Part shown: in pieces, positions 1 to 7,925 of the stretch
Layout of the letters: every line of letters begins with the position of its first letter
Position numbering within the stretch: position 1 is the first letter of the stretch
IMG/VR virus record: IMGVR_UViG_3300037483_000303
Reading direction: 5' to 3' (one strand)
Length of the DNA stretch: 20,000 bases
DNA from: an uncultured virus (IMG/VR IMGVR_UViG_3300037483_000303)
Taxonomy: Duplodnaviria; Heunggongvirae; Uroviricota; Caudoviricetes
Program-made: the position numbers and the translations under genes
The notes under the pieces: generated by a model
What the model was told of the DNA's origin: nothing
Databases searched by the model: none
The model's input: the letters and a program-made list of their open reading frames with translations, nothing else

Positions 1-2117
1 CCCGACGCATCGACTACCACCTCATTTCCAATTGATAGGCTGCCTGAATAGCTGATTATCCTTGCTTTAATTTGCCCGTCGCTGGCATCCACGTAGGCGA
101 TCAGGCTAGGTCCCCTGGACGATGCGGATATAGGCGCAGGCGTGGTGATTGCCGGGTAACTCGTTGGGTAGTTACCCGGTATACCATCCGGCCCTACCGC
201 TTCCGGCTGCAAGACAACACCCGTTGTTTGAATCACGCCATTAAACCTGTCACCTTCATAGCCAAACCGATGGGAGACAGCCCGACAAACGGTTAAAATG
301 CCGTTCAATGGCAACTCCCTTTTTAGCGTATTATCGGCCACTGTCCAGCCATACCAGCCCTCAGCGGGTACGATGTCAAACGCGCCGAGGTAATTGCCCC
401 GCATATCAATGCGAATCTCTTTAGGTGTGACATTTTCAAGCGCCAGCGTTCTCCCTACCCGCTCATTGCAATCAGTCTGTCCGTCTGCCACGTTGAGTAC
501 CTGCTGTTTGTCACCCGCCACACCCGTACCACGCAATTCGGGCAGGTTGTAACTTACCGTTGATTCAATGTAACCCGGTATCATACTAATATACGGAGCT
601 CTGGTGGGATGCGAGTAGGTAAAGCCGTCCGTATCTGCAAAAGCTCTTACATCCGTGTTGTTTCTCGTAACGTTTACCCCGCCGCTTATGTCGTTAGTCG
701 TGAGTGAGAATACGGTATCCAACGCTGCCCGCCCTGCTGTATTCAGCATTTGACTATCCGTAGACAGGTAAAGCTGCCCGATACGGTTGCAGAGCAACTT
801 GGCGTGAATCCCGCGCTGGTAGGCAATACCTTGAATCCGCTGCAAAACGGTATCCTCGGTAAATTCCAGGACCTTCACGCCATAGGTATTAGTTGTTAGC
901 CCGCGCACGTCGCACACTTCGAGCAGGGTAGTATCCCATTTTAAGACGTGGTGAATCCCCCGGCCAACCGATAGCCATGTGGCATAATCCGACCAGATAA
1001 GCGGGCTACTTGACGCCTCAAGGCTAACTGTGCCATAGTCGGTAATGGAGTCCAGGTATTGCAGTGGCGAGATAACTTCAAATGATGCCTTGCCCGTTCC
1101 ACCTTGCCAGTTATCCGAATCGTTATCCGACCACAGATAGCCGGAATAAACGATGTTATTCCCGAACGGACTCCACATATTAACGTAACCCTCTACGTTA
1201 TTAAAGTAGTTTTGATACCAGATAACGGCCAGGCTACCATCGGGGATGTTAGCTAGTGTTAATGCGCCGGTTAAGGTCAGATTACAGCGCCATTGACCGG
1301 AGTCCCAGTCGGCGGATAGATTATCAATGGTGAATGACTGGTAAGGGAGATTATCGGAATCGTAGACGAACACCGCCCGGTGCGTGGTCTGTGATTTCCC
1401 ATTGCTATCTACCGTCTGACATGCCAGCCAATATGTACCAGCCTGAGTAATTGTTAGTGTAGGATTCGCCGCTGTGGTAGAGCTAAAGCTAATACCCGTA
1501 GTCCCTCCGCCATTACGAGCACAGGACCACGTACGGCTGCTGATAGTTGCGCCATTGGCTATAGCATAAGAGGAGGAGGAATTGAGACTAAAGACGATAG
1601 AACCAGCGGAGAGGAATCCGGCGAGGTGTGAACCGATGATGGTAACGGGATTCGGCTGTGTAGCGTAGGCACTGGTAAAAGCGCGGTCAAAATCCTTGTA
1701 AAAAACACCTGAACGGATAGCGGGCGGAATAGCTACCGGTTGAAAAAAATGCCTGATGCGGATAACCTGGTTGTCGGCAAAGGAGATACCATTTTCTCCG
1801 ACCGTGATGCTTCCACTCGATTCGCTACCCGTTATGCTCTTGACGCGAACTAACTCAGTTCCTGTTGTTGTGTCCACTTCAAGCAGGAGCGATGTACCAA
1901 TATCATCAGCCGCGCCAGCCGCTACAATACCGGCTACAACGCCATAGCCAGCAGCGGAGCCGGAGCCGGTATCATATACCACCGTTCGCATGCCACGACT
2001 CGCACTTATGTTATTTACTTGGGCCAAAAGCAAATTCTCCGGGACAAGCACGCTAAAATAGAGATTGGCATGGTGTTGAACATTGGGCCGGAGGTTCGTG
2101 GGAGTTATCGTTGCCAA
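1..2117 (-). CDS. Large minor tail / tail-tip protein, runs off the window (>=705 codons; absent from the ORF track)
   Basis: Manual translation finds no stop from TTG 2117 to position 1: MATITPTNLRPNVQHHANLYFSVLVPENLLLAQVNN...SRTWSCARNGGG...NPTLTITQAGTYWLACQTVDSNGKSQTTHRAVFVY...QPEAVGPDGIPGNYP. It is beta-rich with a PKD/Ig-like segment and lies downstream of the tape measure and Dit-like genes. A GGGG SD-like run precedes the TTG; ATG 1991 is an alternative start. Confidence 0.8.
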   Translation of the reverse strand, partial: MATITPTNLRPNVQHHANLYFSVLVPENLLLAQVNNISASRGMRTVVYDTGSGSAAGYGVVAGIVAAGAADDIGTSLLLEVDTTTGTELVRVKSITGSESSGSITVGENGISFADNQVIRIRHFFQPVAIPPAIRSGVFYKDFDRAFTSAYATQPNPVTIIGSHLAGFLSAGSIVFSLNSSSSYAIANGATISSRTWSCARNGGGTTGISFSSTTAANPTLTITQAGTYWLACQTVDSNGKSQTTHRAVFVYDSDNLPYQSFTIDNLSADWDSGQWRCNLTLTGALTLANIPDGSLAVIWYQNYFNNVEGYVNMWSPFGNNIVYSGYLWSDNDSDNWQGGTGKASFEVISPLQYLDSITDYGTVSLEASSSPLIWSDYATWLSVGRGIHHVLKWDTTLLEVCDVRGLTTNTYGVKVLEFTEDTVLQRIQGIAYQRGIHAKLLCNRIGQLYLSTDSQMLNTAGRAALDTVFSLTTNDISGGVNVTRNNTDVRAFADTDGFTYSHPTRAPYISMIPGYIESTVSYNLPELRGTGVAGDKQQVLNVADGQTDCNERVGRTLALENVTPKEIRIDMRGNYLGAFDIVPAEGWYGWTVADNTLKRELPLNGILTVCRAVSHRFGYEGDRFNGVIQTTGVVLQPEAVGPDGIPGNYPTSYPAITTPAPISASSRGPSLIAYVDASDGQIKARIISYSGSLSIGNEVVVDAS

Positions 2118-2735
2118 CTAATTACCCCGCATTTCGACTATCTTCCTGAATGTGCTATGGGTATACATCGGGACAGGATCAGTAAAGGGATTGCTTATTA
2201 GTGGGAACCCAAGTAACTGAGGTTGTTTGTAAAAAAACTCAACCGTTAAAAACCCATCAGGGCGGATGATAAGATTGGCCGCCTGCTGAGCACAACTATG
2301 CTTAATCTGTTCTTGCAGGGCCACACTAGCCAACTCGGTATAATTTAGGTTGGTAGTCTGCGGGCTGGTTAGTGGCATCTTCCAGGTATAGGTTGGCACG
2401 CCCAAAGGAGTAGTAACGGTAAATGTACCCGTGCAGGTTGCCTCTACCTCAATGTAGCTGATAATCATTGTGTCCTTACCGGCGAAGTCTACAGGTAACT
2501 GATCCGCTAGTGTCTTGTAAGTATGGCTCAGTACCTTCTCATAACCCACCTGCTCGGCCCGGAAGTCCAGGTAATTCTGCCTCACGGCAAAGCGAGCCGC
2601 TTCACGATTGGCACCAGCAAGAACCAGATAGCCTCGTAATGCCCATCCAACCTCGAATACACCAATAAGCAAAAAAATCAGGATAGGTGTAATAATTGCC
2701 ATTTCGACAAGTGCCTGCCCGCGCTGAGTTATCAT
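2118..2735 (-). CDS. tadE: TadE/TadG-like pseudopilin (Tad/Flp pilus family), 205 aa
   Basis: The N-terminus RG|QALVEMAIITPILIFLLIGVFEVG has a class III prepilin cleavage site with Glu at +5, then a TM helix and the REAARFA motif typical of TadE-like proteins. Confidence 0.85.
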   Translation of the reverse strand: MITQRGQALVEMAIITPILIFLLIGVFEVGWALRGYLVLAGANREAARFAVRQNYLDFRAEQVGYEKVLSHTYKTLADQLPVDFAGKDTMIISYIEVEATCTGTFTVTTPLGVPTYTWKMPLTSPQTTNLNYTELASVALQEQIKHSCAQQAANLIIRPDGFLTVEFFYKQPQLLGFPLISNPFTDPVPMYTHSTFRKIVEMRGN

Positions 2736-2749
2736 AGATTACAAAACTG

Positions 2750-2771
2750 TGTTATAATCATCTCAAAGGAG
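2750..2771 (+). promoter_or_regulatory. Extended -10 sigma70-type promoter and Shine-Dalgarno for the plus-strand ORF
   Basis: TG-T-TATAAT at 2750-2758 is a perfect TGnTATAAT. AAGGAG ends at 2771, 6 nt before ATG 2778. Confidence 0.7.
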
Positions 2772-2777
2772 ATAGTC

Positions 2778-3185
2778 ATGCAACAAATAAGTCTTGACGA
2801 CAAGCACGATTTAGCCATAGACGGTAACGAAGTCTGGATCATTGATTATTCCGGTGACCTTCATAACCCTACACACGGACCCAGTCAATGCTTTAACTTT
2901 GGTAAATTCTCAAACGTTATCAAACTTGAGGCTATTGGTCCAACTCAGGTTGTGATAAAATTTATGACAAATGACAATCAAATTAGAACTATCCATGCCT
3001 ATATTAACGATGACTTTATAGCCTTTGCAGACCTTGATGCTCCTCTTGGTCGCCATATAGATGGTACACCCGCTACTAAAGATGACCTTCTTCGTATCGA
3101 ACAGGAGTATATAAATAAATTAGAAGACCTAAAACTATCCAAACGTCGCAAGATAGAAGCCCTCATGTCGCCGGATCAGCCGTAA
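2778..3185 (+). CDS. Hypothetical moron protein, 135 aa, opposite strand to the tail operon
   Basis: It fills the gap between two minus-strand genes, has its own promoter and strong SD, and is visibly more AT-rich than its neighbours. Its 3' end overlaps the convergent gene by 23 nt. Confidence 0.75.
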   Translation: MQQISLDDKHDLAIDGNEVWIIDYSGDLHNPTHGPSQCFNFGKFSNVIKLEAIGPTQVVIKFMTNDNQIRTIHAYINDDFIAFADLDAPLGRHIDGTPATKDDLLRIEQEYINKLEDLKLSKRRKIEALMSPDQP

Positions 3186-3594
3186 CCGTCACATTGTTAA
3201 TTTTCAATGTAACATTTTGAAAAACAACACCCCGCGCATCACTAACAGGCTGAAATTCAAGCGGTAATGGTATGCCTGAAATATTTATAAACGAGTTGAT
3301 AAACCCAGTTCCATCCGCTTTATCAATCGTGCCATAGATAGTACCCGCCGTGATTGCAGCTTCGACAATCCCGGTAAGCGTCTTGAGTTGGGGCGCTGTT
3401 AGTTCATTCCATAATAAACTCACATTGATATATCCCTGCCGAGCCTGCCCGCCCTGACTTTGCGACACCAGTTCAGTATAGGTTCTGTAATCGCCCAGGT
3501 TCACCGGTGGTAGCCCAAGCGCAAATAGGTTTTGACGGGTTAGCGTACTGGTGGCAGATAAGCGCCAAAAGAGAATCCATTTTCCATTATCCAC
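3163..3594 (-). CDS. Putative distal tail (Dit-like) protein, 143 aa
   Basis: Directly follows the tape measure with a TAGTG stop/start overlap. Size and beta-rich composition fit. Function is inferred from synteny only. Confidence 0.55.
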   Translation of the reverse strand: MDNGKWILFWRLSATSTLTRQNLFALGLPPVNLGDYRTYTELVSQSQGGQARQGYINVSLLWNELTAPQLKTLTGIVEAAITAGTIYGTIDKADGTGFINSFINISGIPLPLEFQPVSDARGVVFQNVTLKINNVTVTADPAT

Positions 3595-6371
3595 TAGCTT
3601 ACTCCATCTATAGCGGTCAGGATGACATTTCTCAACTTGGCTACAAAAATAGGATCATTGAATAAACTGGCATCACCTACCGGGAAATTAACAGCAGGTG
3701 CGTTGGTACGGCTGATATTATTGACTACACTTTTAGGCGTCATAGATGGCATCAATAAGGCATTATTGGGGATAATCCGTCCGTTAGCGTTAGGCGTAAA
3801 TAATTCTGGCCCCCGCTCGCCCACAGGGTATGATTGCCCGGCATTGACTAGCCCACCAAAAGCCCGGCCAATTGTGCCTGGGTTACTTCCGAAGCCTGCC
3901 GATGCCCCTCCTGTGTAGGATGGGGCTGGCCCTTCATGCCCGGTGATTGTGCCAGGGTTAGGCCCAAAACCTGCTGGCCTGCCTGCTGTTTGTGATGGTC
4001 CCGAAGATTCTCCGGCTATTGCTGCCTCCTGATCCGCTATCTCCTGAAGTAGTGCTAATTTCTGCGCTCCAAACTCCTCGATCAAAGCCAGTTCAGCCGC
4101 TAATGATTCCTCCAAATCGGCCAGCTTCCGGTCATAGGCAAGTTTCGCATCTTCAATATCCCGTTCACGTGCCCGCGCCGCCTCCTCGTTCTTGCGCGTC
4201 TCCCCAATCGCCAAATCTTCAAGCTGCTGAGCATAGGCTATATTTTGCGCTTCAATTTGGCGCTCAAGGTTAAGGCGTAAATCTTCCAGCTTCCGTTCAT
4301 TGGCGATATGCGCTTCTTCAATCTCGCGCTGTTGCTGGATTCTGAGTTCTTCTTTTTTGCGTTCGCCCTGAACCTGCAACTCATCAATTTCGCGCTGCCG
4401 GTCGGTCTGAGCCTTGCTAACCTGCTGCTGTTGCTGGCGGATGATACGAAGGAAGGCAACGGCATCCCGTGTTCGTTCGGCCTCGTCAAGGTCAAAGGCG
4501 CTCTCTTTTTGAATATCCTCCAGCTTCTCTCTAAAGCTGGTTTCAATATCAAGCCGACTTTGGCGCTGCTCTCGCTCTAGGTCAATGCGCTCCTCGGCAA
4601 ACTTACGGGCTATATCCTCCTCTTTACGCTCCAGGTCGGTAGCCGCGTCTGCGATGTCCTGCTGGTTTTTGCGCCGGATGTCGGCCAGTTTTTGCAGGTT
4701 GTTACGAGCCGCATCCTCGCGCTTCTGGGCGAACTCGATTTGTATATCAAGCCGCTTGCGCTCAGCGGCTATGTCAATATCTTCGAGTTTGCGGTCATTA
4801 TCTTTTTCAAGGTCTGCCATTGCCTCGTTAATTTTGATCTGAGCTTCTTCTGCATCTCCCGTCAATGTAGCAAGGTCAGCCTCGGCCTTGTTAAGTGCTA
4901 TTTGAGCATTGGTTAGACCTATTGCTGCTCCTGTGCCTTCCTTTTGTGCCTTGGCCAGATCGTCGGTTTTCTTACGATTCTCCTCTTTTACCTTATTGGA
5001 GTCCTCAATAGCTTTCTTGCCATCAGACAAAACCTTATCATAAGCCTCCTGACCAGCGGCCAGGGATGCCGTAGCTAATGCCGCGTCCTCCGCATCACCT
5101 GAATATTGAGCTAGTGCATTTTTAGCCTGAATTGCGCCGGGAATCCCGATGAGTTGCTTCATCCCCTCAGCGGCGAGCGTTCCCTTACCATATAGCCGAT
5201 CCATCTCATCGGACCATACCTGAAATTCCGCTGCGGCTTTTGATGCCCCGGCCTGAGACTGTAAGTTTAGATCGATGACTTTATTTAGAGCTTTGTCTAA
5301 TCCATCAGCAAAGGATTCCACTCCATCAATGAAACTCTGAGGGAAATTAGCGCCGGTCATTGTCTCAATCAACAACCTGGCATCTTCAGAGATGTCAAAA
5401 AACTTCTCTGCTATCTGGGTTACCTGCTCGGTATCCAGGTTAGCTAAAAAGTCATTCAACCCCGTACCAAGAATCTCGGCCACGTTAGCCGCCACCCGGC
5501 CAAAGGTATCGGCTATCAGAGTATAGTCGTCAAAATTCTCGGCGACGGTCTTATTCAGATCATCAAATTGGCTCTTCAGTTCGTCAAGAAGGGGAATAGC
5601 GAAGGCGGTCTGTAATTGCTTGCCGCTTTCAGCCGCACGGCCAAATGAGAATTGAAACGTATCGGTTAGATTCTCGACATTGCGTCCGAGCCGTTTCATG
5701 ATACCTTCAAAGACATCAAGAAACTCGACAACCCCGCCTTCATCCAGGGCGCGGGCCAGCTCCTTACCCAGTTGTTTGGGTATCTCAAATCGTCTGACAA
5801 GAGACTGAACGTTACCCGATAGCGCCTCCTGTAGCGCGATTCTTGCGCCTAGCTGCCCCTGTTCTGGTTGCGAAATAGCCAGCGCCGCGCTAATGCGGTT
5901 GACTCTATCTAGCTCCTCCAAACTGGCGACAAATGGTAAAAATGCCCGGCTAGTCTCGGTCAGGTCAATGCCGAGTTTGCGCGATTCCTCTCTAATATGT
6001 TGCAGGGCTGCGACGGCTGCCGGTTCATTGCCTTGCAAGATGCCGGTAAAAATAGCCTCGGTAGTTTCAAGTTCACTGGCAAGGCCAATGCTCTCTTTAA
6101 TACCTTGACTGAGTGCGGCGACCATCCGCTGGCCCAACTCGATAAACTTGGTGGTCAGGGATGATACAATCCCGGCAACCGCGCCGATTTGGATGCCGGA
6201 TGCGGAGGCGCTTTTGCTAATTTGGTCAAAACCAGCAGAGGCACTTTTGTTGATTTGATTAAAGTCTTTTGTGCCCTCTTTGGCAACCTTCTCTATTTTC
6301 TTGCCTATTAAATCCAGATTGATTAGTGCGCCTTTGGCATCAACAGTAGCGCTATAGATTATATCAGTCAT
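3594..6371 (-). CDS. Tail tape measure protein, 925 aa
   Basis: Long helical Ala/Glu/Lys-rich protein with an N-terminal tape-measure-like domain, 11-residue periodicity and the typical C-terminal motif RAFGGLVNAGQSYPVGERGPELFTPNANGRIIPN. Confidence 0.92.
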   Translation of the reverse strand: MTDIIYSATVDAKGALINLDLIGKKIEKVAKEGTKDFNQINKSASAGFDQISKSASASGIQIGAVAGIVSSLTTKFIELGQRMVAALSQGIKESIGLASELETTEAIFTGILQGNEPAAVAALQHIREESRKLGIDLTETSRAFLPFVASLEELDRVNRISAALAISQPEQGQLGARIALQEALSGNVQSLVRRFEIPKQLGKELARALDEGGVVEFLDVFEGIMKRLGRNVENLTDTFQFSFGRAAESGKQLQTAFAIPLLDELKSQFDDLNKTVAENFDDYTLIADTFGRVAANVAEILGTGLNDFLANLDTEQVTQIAEKFFDISEDARLLIETMTGANFPQSFIDGVESFADGLDKALNKVIDLNLQSQAGASKAAAEFQVWSDEMDRLYGKGTLAAEGMKQLIGIPGAIQAKNALAQYSGDAEDAALATASLAAGQEAYDKVLSDGKKAIEDSNKVKEENRKKTDDLAKAQKEGTGAAIGLTNAQIALNKAEADLATLTGDAEEAQIKINEAMADLEKDNDRKLEDIDIAAERKRLDIQIEFAQKREDAARNNLQKLADIRRKNQQDIADAATDLERKEEDIARKFAEERIDLEREQRQSRLDIETSFREKLEDIQKESAFDLDEAERTRDAVAFLRIIRQQQQQVSKAQTDRQREIDELQVQGERKKEELRIQQQREIEEAHIANERKLEDLRLNLERQIEAQNIAYAQQLEDLAIGETRKNEEAARARERDIEDAKLAYDRKLADLEESLAAELALIEEFGAQKLALLQEIADQEAAIAGESSGPSQTAGRPAGFGPNPGTITGHEGPAPSYTGGASAGFGSNPGTIGRAFGGLVNAGQSYPVGERGPELFTPNANGRIIPNNALLMPSMTPKSVVNNISRTNAPAVNFPVGDASLFNDPIFVAKLRNVILTAIDGVS
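3870..3974 (-). repeat. Duplicated 10-codon motif AGFG(P/S)NPGTI near the tape measure C-terminus
   Basis: Copies at 3945-3974 and 3870-3899, 75 nt apart, with synonymous differences. Confidence 0.75.
4500..4796 (-). repeat. Nine consecutive degenerate 11-residue repeats in the tape measure
   Basis: DRKLEDIDIAA/ERKRLDIQIEF/AQKREDAARNN/LQKLADIRRKN/QQDIADAATDL/ERKEEDIARKF/AEERIDLEREQ/RQSRLDIETSF/REKLEDIQKES, with Asp invariant at position 6. Confidence 0.8.
6201..6263 (-). repeat. Tandem 33-nt-period duplication near the tape measure N-terminus
   Basis: FNQINKSASAG followed by FDQISKSASA. Confidence 0.7.
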
Positions 6372-6672
6372 TGAGCAGTTTCAGTTCCTTACTTGCCTTC
6401 TTAACATTAACTTCTAGCCGCTTAACCTGTTTCAATATCTCAACTGCCTTCTCTGGATTCTCGTGTGCCTTACCCACAAGCCTTCTGGTTTCAATTGTGC
6501 CTGCCTGGATAATACTATTGTAAAATCCCGCCTGTATAAACTTCGTGAATAGTTCGCGCTGTTTAATGTTGTAATACCAAATCAACCCGCGTTGTTTTGT
6601 TGTGACGTGCGTCAAACCCAATACCGAATCACGTCGCTGCTGATGCAGGGCAAGGCAAGCTATGAAATTCAA
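6364..6672 (-). CDS. Hypothetical protein, ~102 aa
   Basis: Probable TTG start at 6672 with GGAGA upstream, 1 nt after the previous stop. It overlaps the tape measure start by 8 nt. Confidence 0.6.
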   Translation of the reverse strand: MNFIACLALHQQRRDSVLGLTHVTTKQRGLIWYYNIKQRELFTKFIQAGFYNSIIQAGTIETRRLVGKAHENPEKAVEILKQVKRLEVNVKKASKELKLLND

Positions 6673-6673
6673 G

Positions 6674-7216
6674 TTATCTCCGTTTTCTAGCACCTAGCCG
6701 GACTCCTCGATCAATTGCCTGCTCAAATTGTCGCCTCAATCGTTTGTTAATTACCTGGCTAAACTTACGAGGCGCAAAACCAGGATGTTGTACCTGTCTA
6801 GCAAAAACCTGTGGCCCTGTAGCCCGGCCAGGTCCACCGCTGCGACCTATAGGCCGGGTATGCGGCTGGTAATTGGTTTGAAAAGCTAATCTTCCGCCTT
6901 GCTGCTTGGGGACTATGACGTGTGGTCTTACGCCAGTTTTATCTAAAGCGGTCCAAAGTTGACTAACCGTAAAACCCTCGCTTACTTCACTGCTGGCATT
7001 TGTTACCAGAATACTTAAGGTGACTTGCTTCTGACTAACCTTGATTTCATAGCCAAATTCAATGTTAGTTTCAAAGTCGCTAACAACCTTTTCGCGTTCG
7101 TCTACGTGGTGACGGCCAACGGGTATAAGCTGTTTGGCGATTTCACGCTGAATATCAGCAAGGATTATTTGAGGTCTGGGTAATCTCTTAATTAGCTTAA
7201 TGCCGCTACTTGCCAC
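6674..7216 (-). CDS. HK97 gp10-like tail completion / neck protein, 180 aa
   Basis: Basic protein with G(V)RPHVIVPK...LAF...FARQVQHPGFAPRKF, the motif pattern seen in gp10-like minor virion proteins. Confidence 0.7.
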   Translation of the reverse strand: MASSGIKLIKRLPRPQIILADIQREIAKQLIPVGRHHVDEREKVVSDFETNIEFGYEIKVSQKQVTLSILVTNASSEVSEGFTVSQLWTALDKTGVRPHVIVPKQQGGRLAFQTNYQPHTRPIGRSGGPGRATGPQVFARQVQHPGFAPRKFSQVINKRLRRQFEQAIDRGVRLGARKRR

Positions 7217-7439
7217 TTTTAGCCTTTATGCGCTTTATCTCTTCTTCCGTCTCCAATGCCTGTAACCACCCCGGCAACTTGTAAGCGCACACCTTTCTAT
7301 ATCGCTCCGCCACACTCAGCCGAATCCAACCCGCTTCAGTCCAGCCGAGTGAGTTAATCGTCTCCAACTCCCATTGTCGAATCCCCCAGGATTGAGCCTT
7401 CCCCTTCGCCGATAGCATCAGCGCGTCCAACACTTCCAT
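7206..7439 (-). CDS. Downstream ('T'-like) segment of the tail assembly chaperone, probably expressed by frameshift
   Basis: Overlaps the upstream ORF by 86 nt in the +1 frame. Its sequence (LGWTEAGWIRLSVAERYRKV) resembles short T-segments of G/GT chaperone pairs. Confidence 0.6.
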   Translation of the reverse strand: MEVLDALMLSAKGKAQSWGIRQWELETINSLGWTEAGWIRLSVAERYRKVCAYKLPGWLQALETEEEIKRIKAKSGK

Positions 7440-7917
7440 ACTCCCAAATGAGGCCCGGAAATGTATACTTGAGCGTATTCGCTACCCCCTCCATAGTCAA
7501 CTGCGGTACAGTGGCCGCTATGTAAATCAGGTCCCAGTCCTCCGGCTCGACAATGCGATTTCTGTCATCTGGACTTAGGCAATTGTTAGTTATGTAAGTT
7601 GCAACGTCACTTGCGTAACCCTCGTATGATTCAATCCTTAACTTTTCGTGGGCCAGGGCTGCCGTGTAGGTGTCAAACTCCTGAAGCTGGAACCACTCCG
7701 CCGACCCTTGCTCAATCTCATTAGCTGGCTTATCAGGAGCGGTTGGTGTGTAGGTTAAGGCGCGAATGTCGTAAGAATCTTCGACGATTTGACCCGTCGC
7801 TAAGAGGAGGGAGTACCGATAAACTCCTAGCACTTCCCTCCCCACGTTATCAAGTTCAAATAATCCAAGTCGCCTGACTTTACAGGCTTGTCCGTCCGAT
7901 AGTATTACAGTAGGCAT
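7354..7917 (-). CDS. Putative tail assembly chaperone ('G'-like), 187 aa
   Basis: Acidic protein immediately downstream of the putative tail tube gene and overlapping a second ORF. GAGG SD upstream. Confidence 0.65.
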   Translation of the reverse strand: MPTVILSDGQACKVRRLGLFELDNVGREVLGVYRYSLLLATGQIVEDSYDIRALTYTPTAPDKPANEIEQGSAEWFQLQEFDTYTAALAHEKLRIESYEGYASDVATYITNNCLSPDDRNRIVEPEDWDLIYIAATVPQLTMEGVANTLKYTFPGLIWEYGSVGRADAIGEGEGSILGDSTMGVGDD

Positions 7918-7925
7918 CTACGCCT

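Noticed and set aside
391..410. MRGN-encoding sequence similar to the TadE end (2119-2138), as a possible insertion-site duplication
   Set aside because: Short, imperfect and inside a coding region, so consistent with chance.
2738..2766. Minus-strand TTGAGA-17-TGTAAT promoter for the TadE-like gene
   Set aside because: The -10 box ends only 2 nt before the ATG, which would put the transcription start inside the gene.
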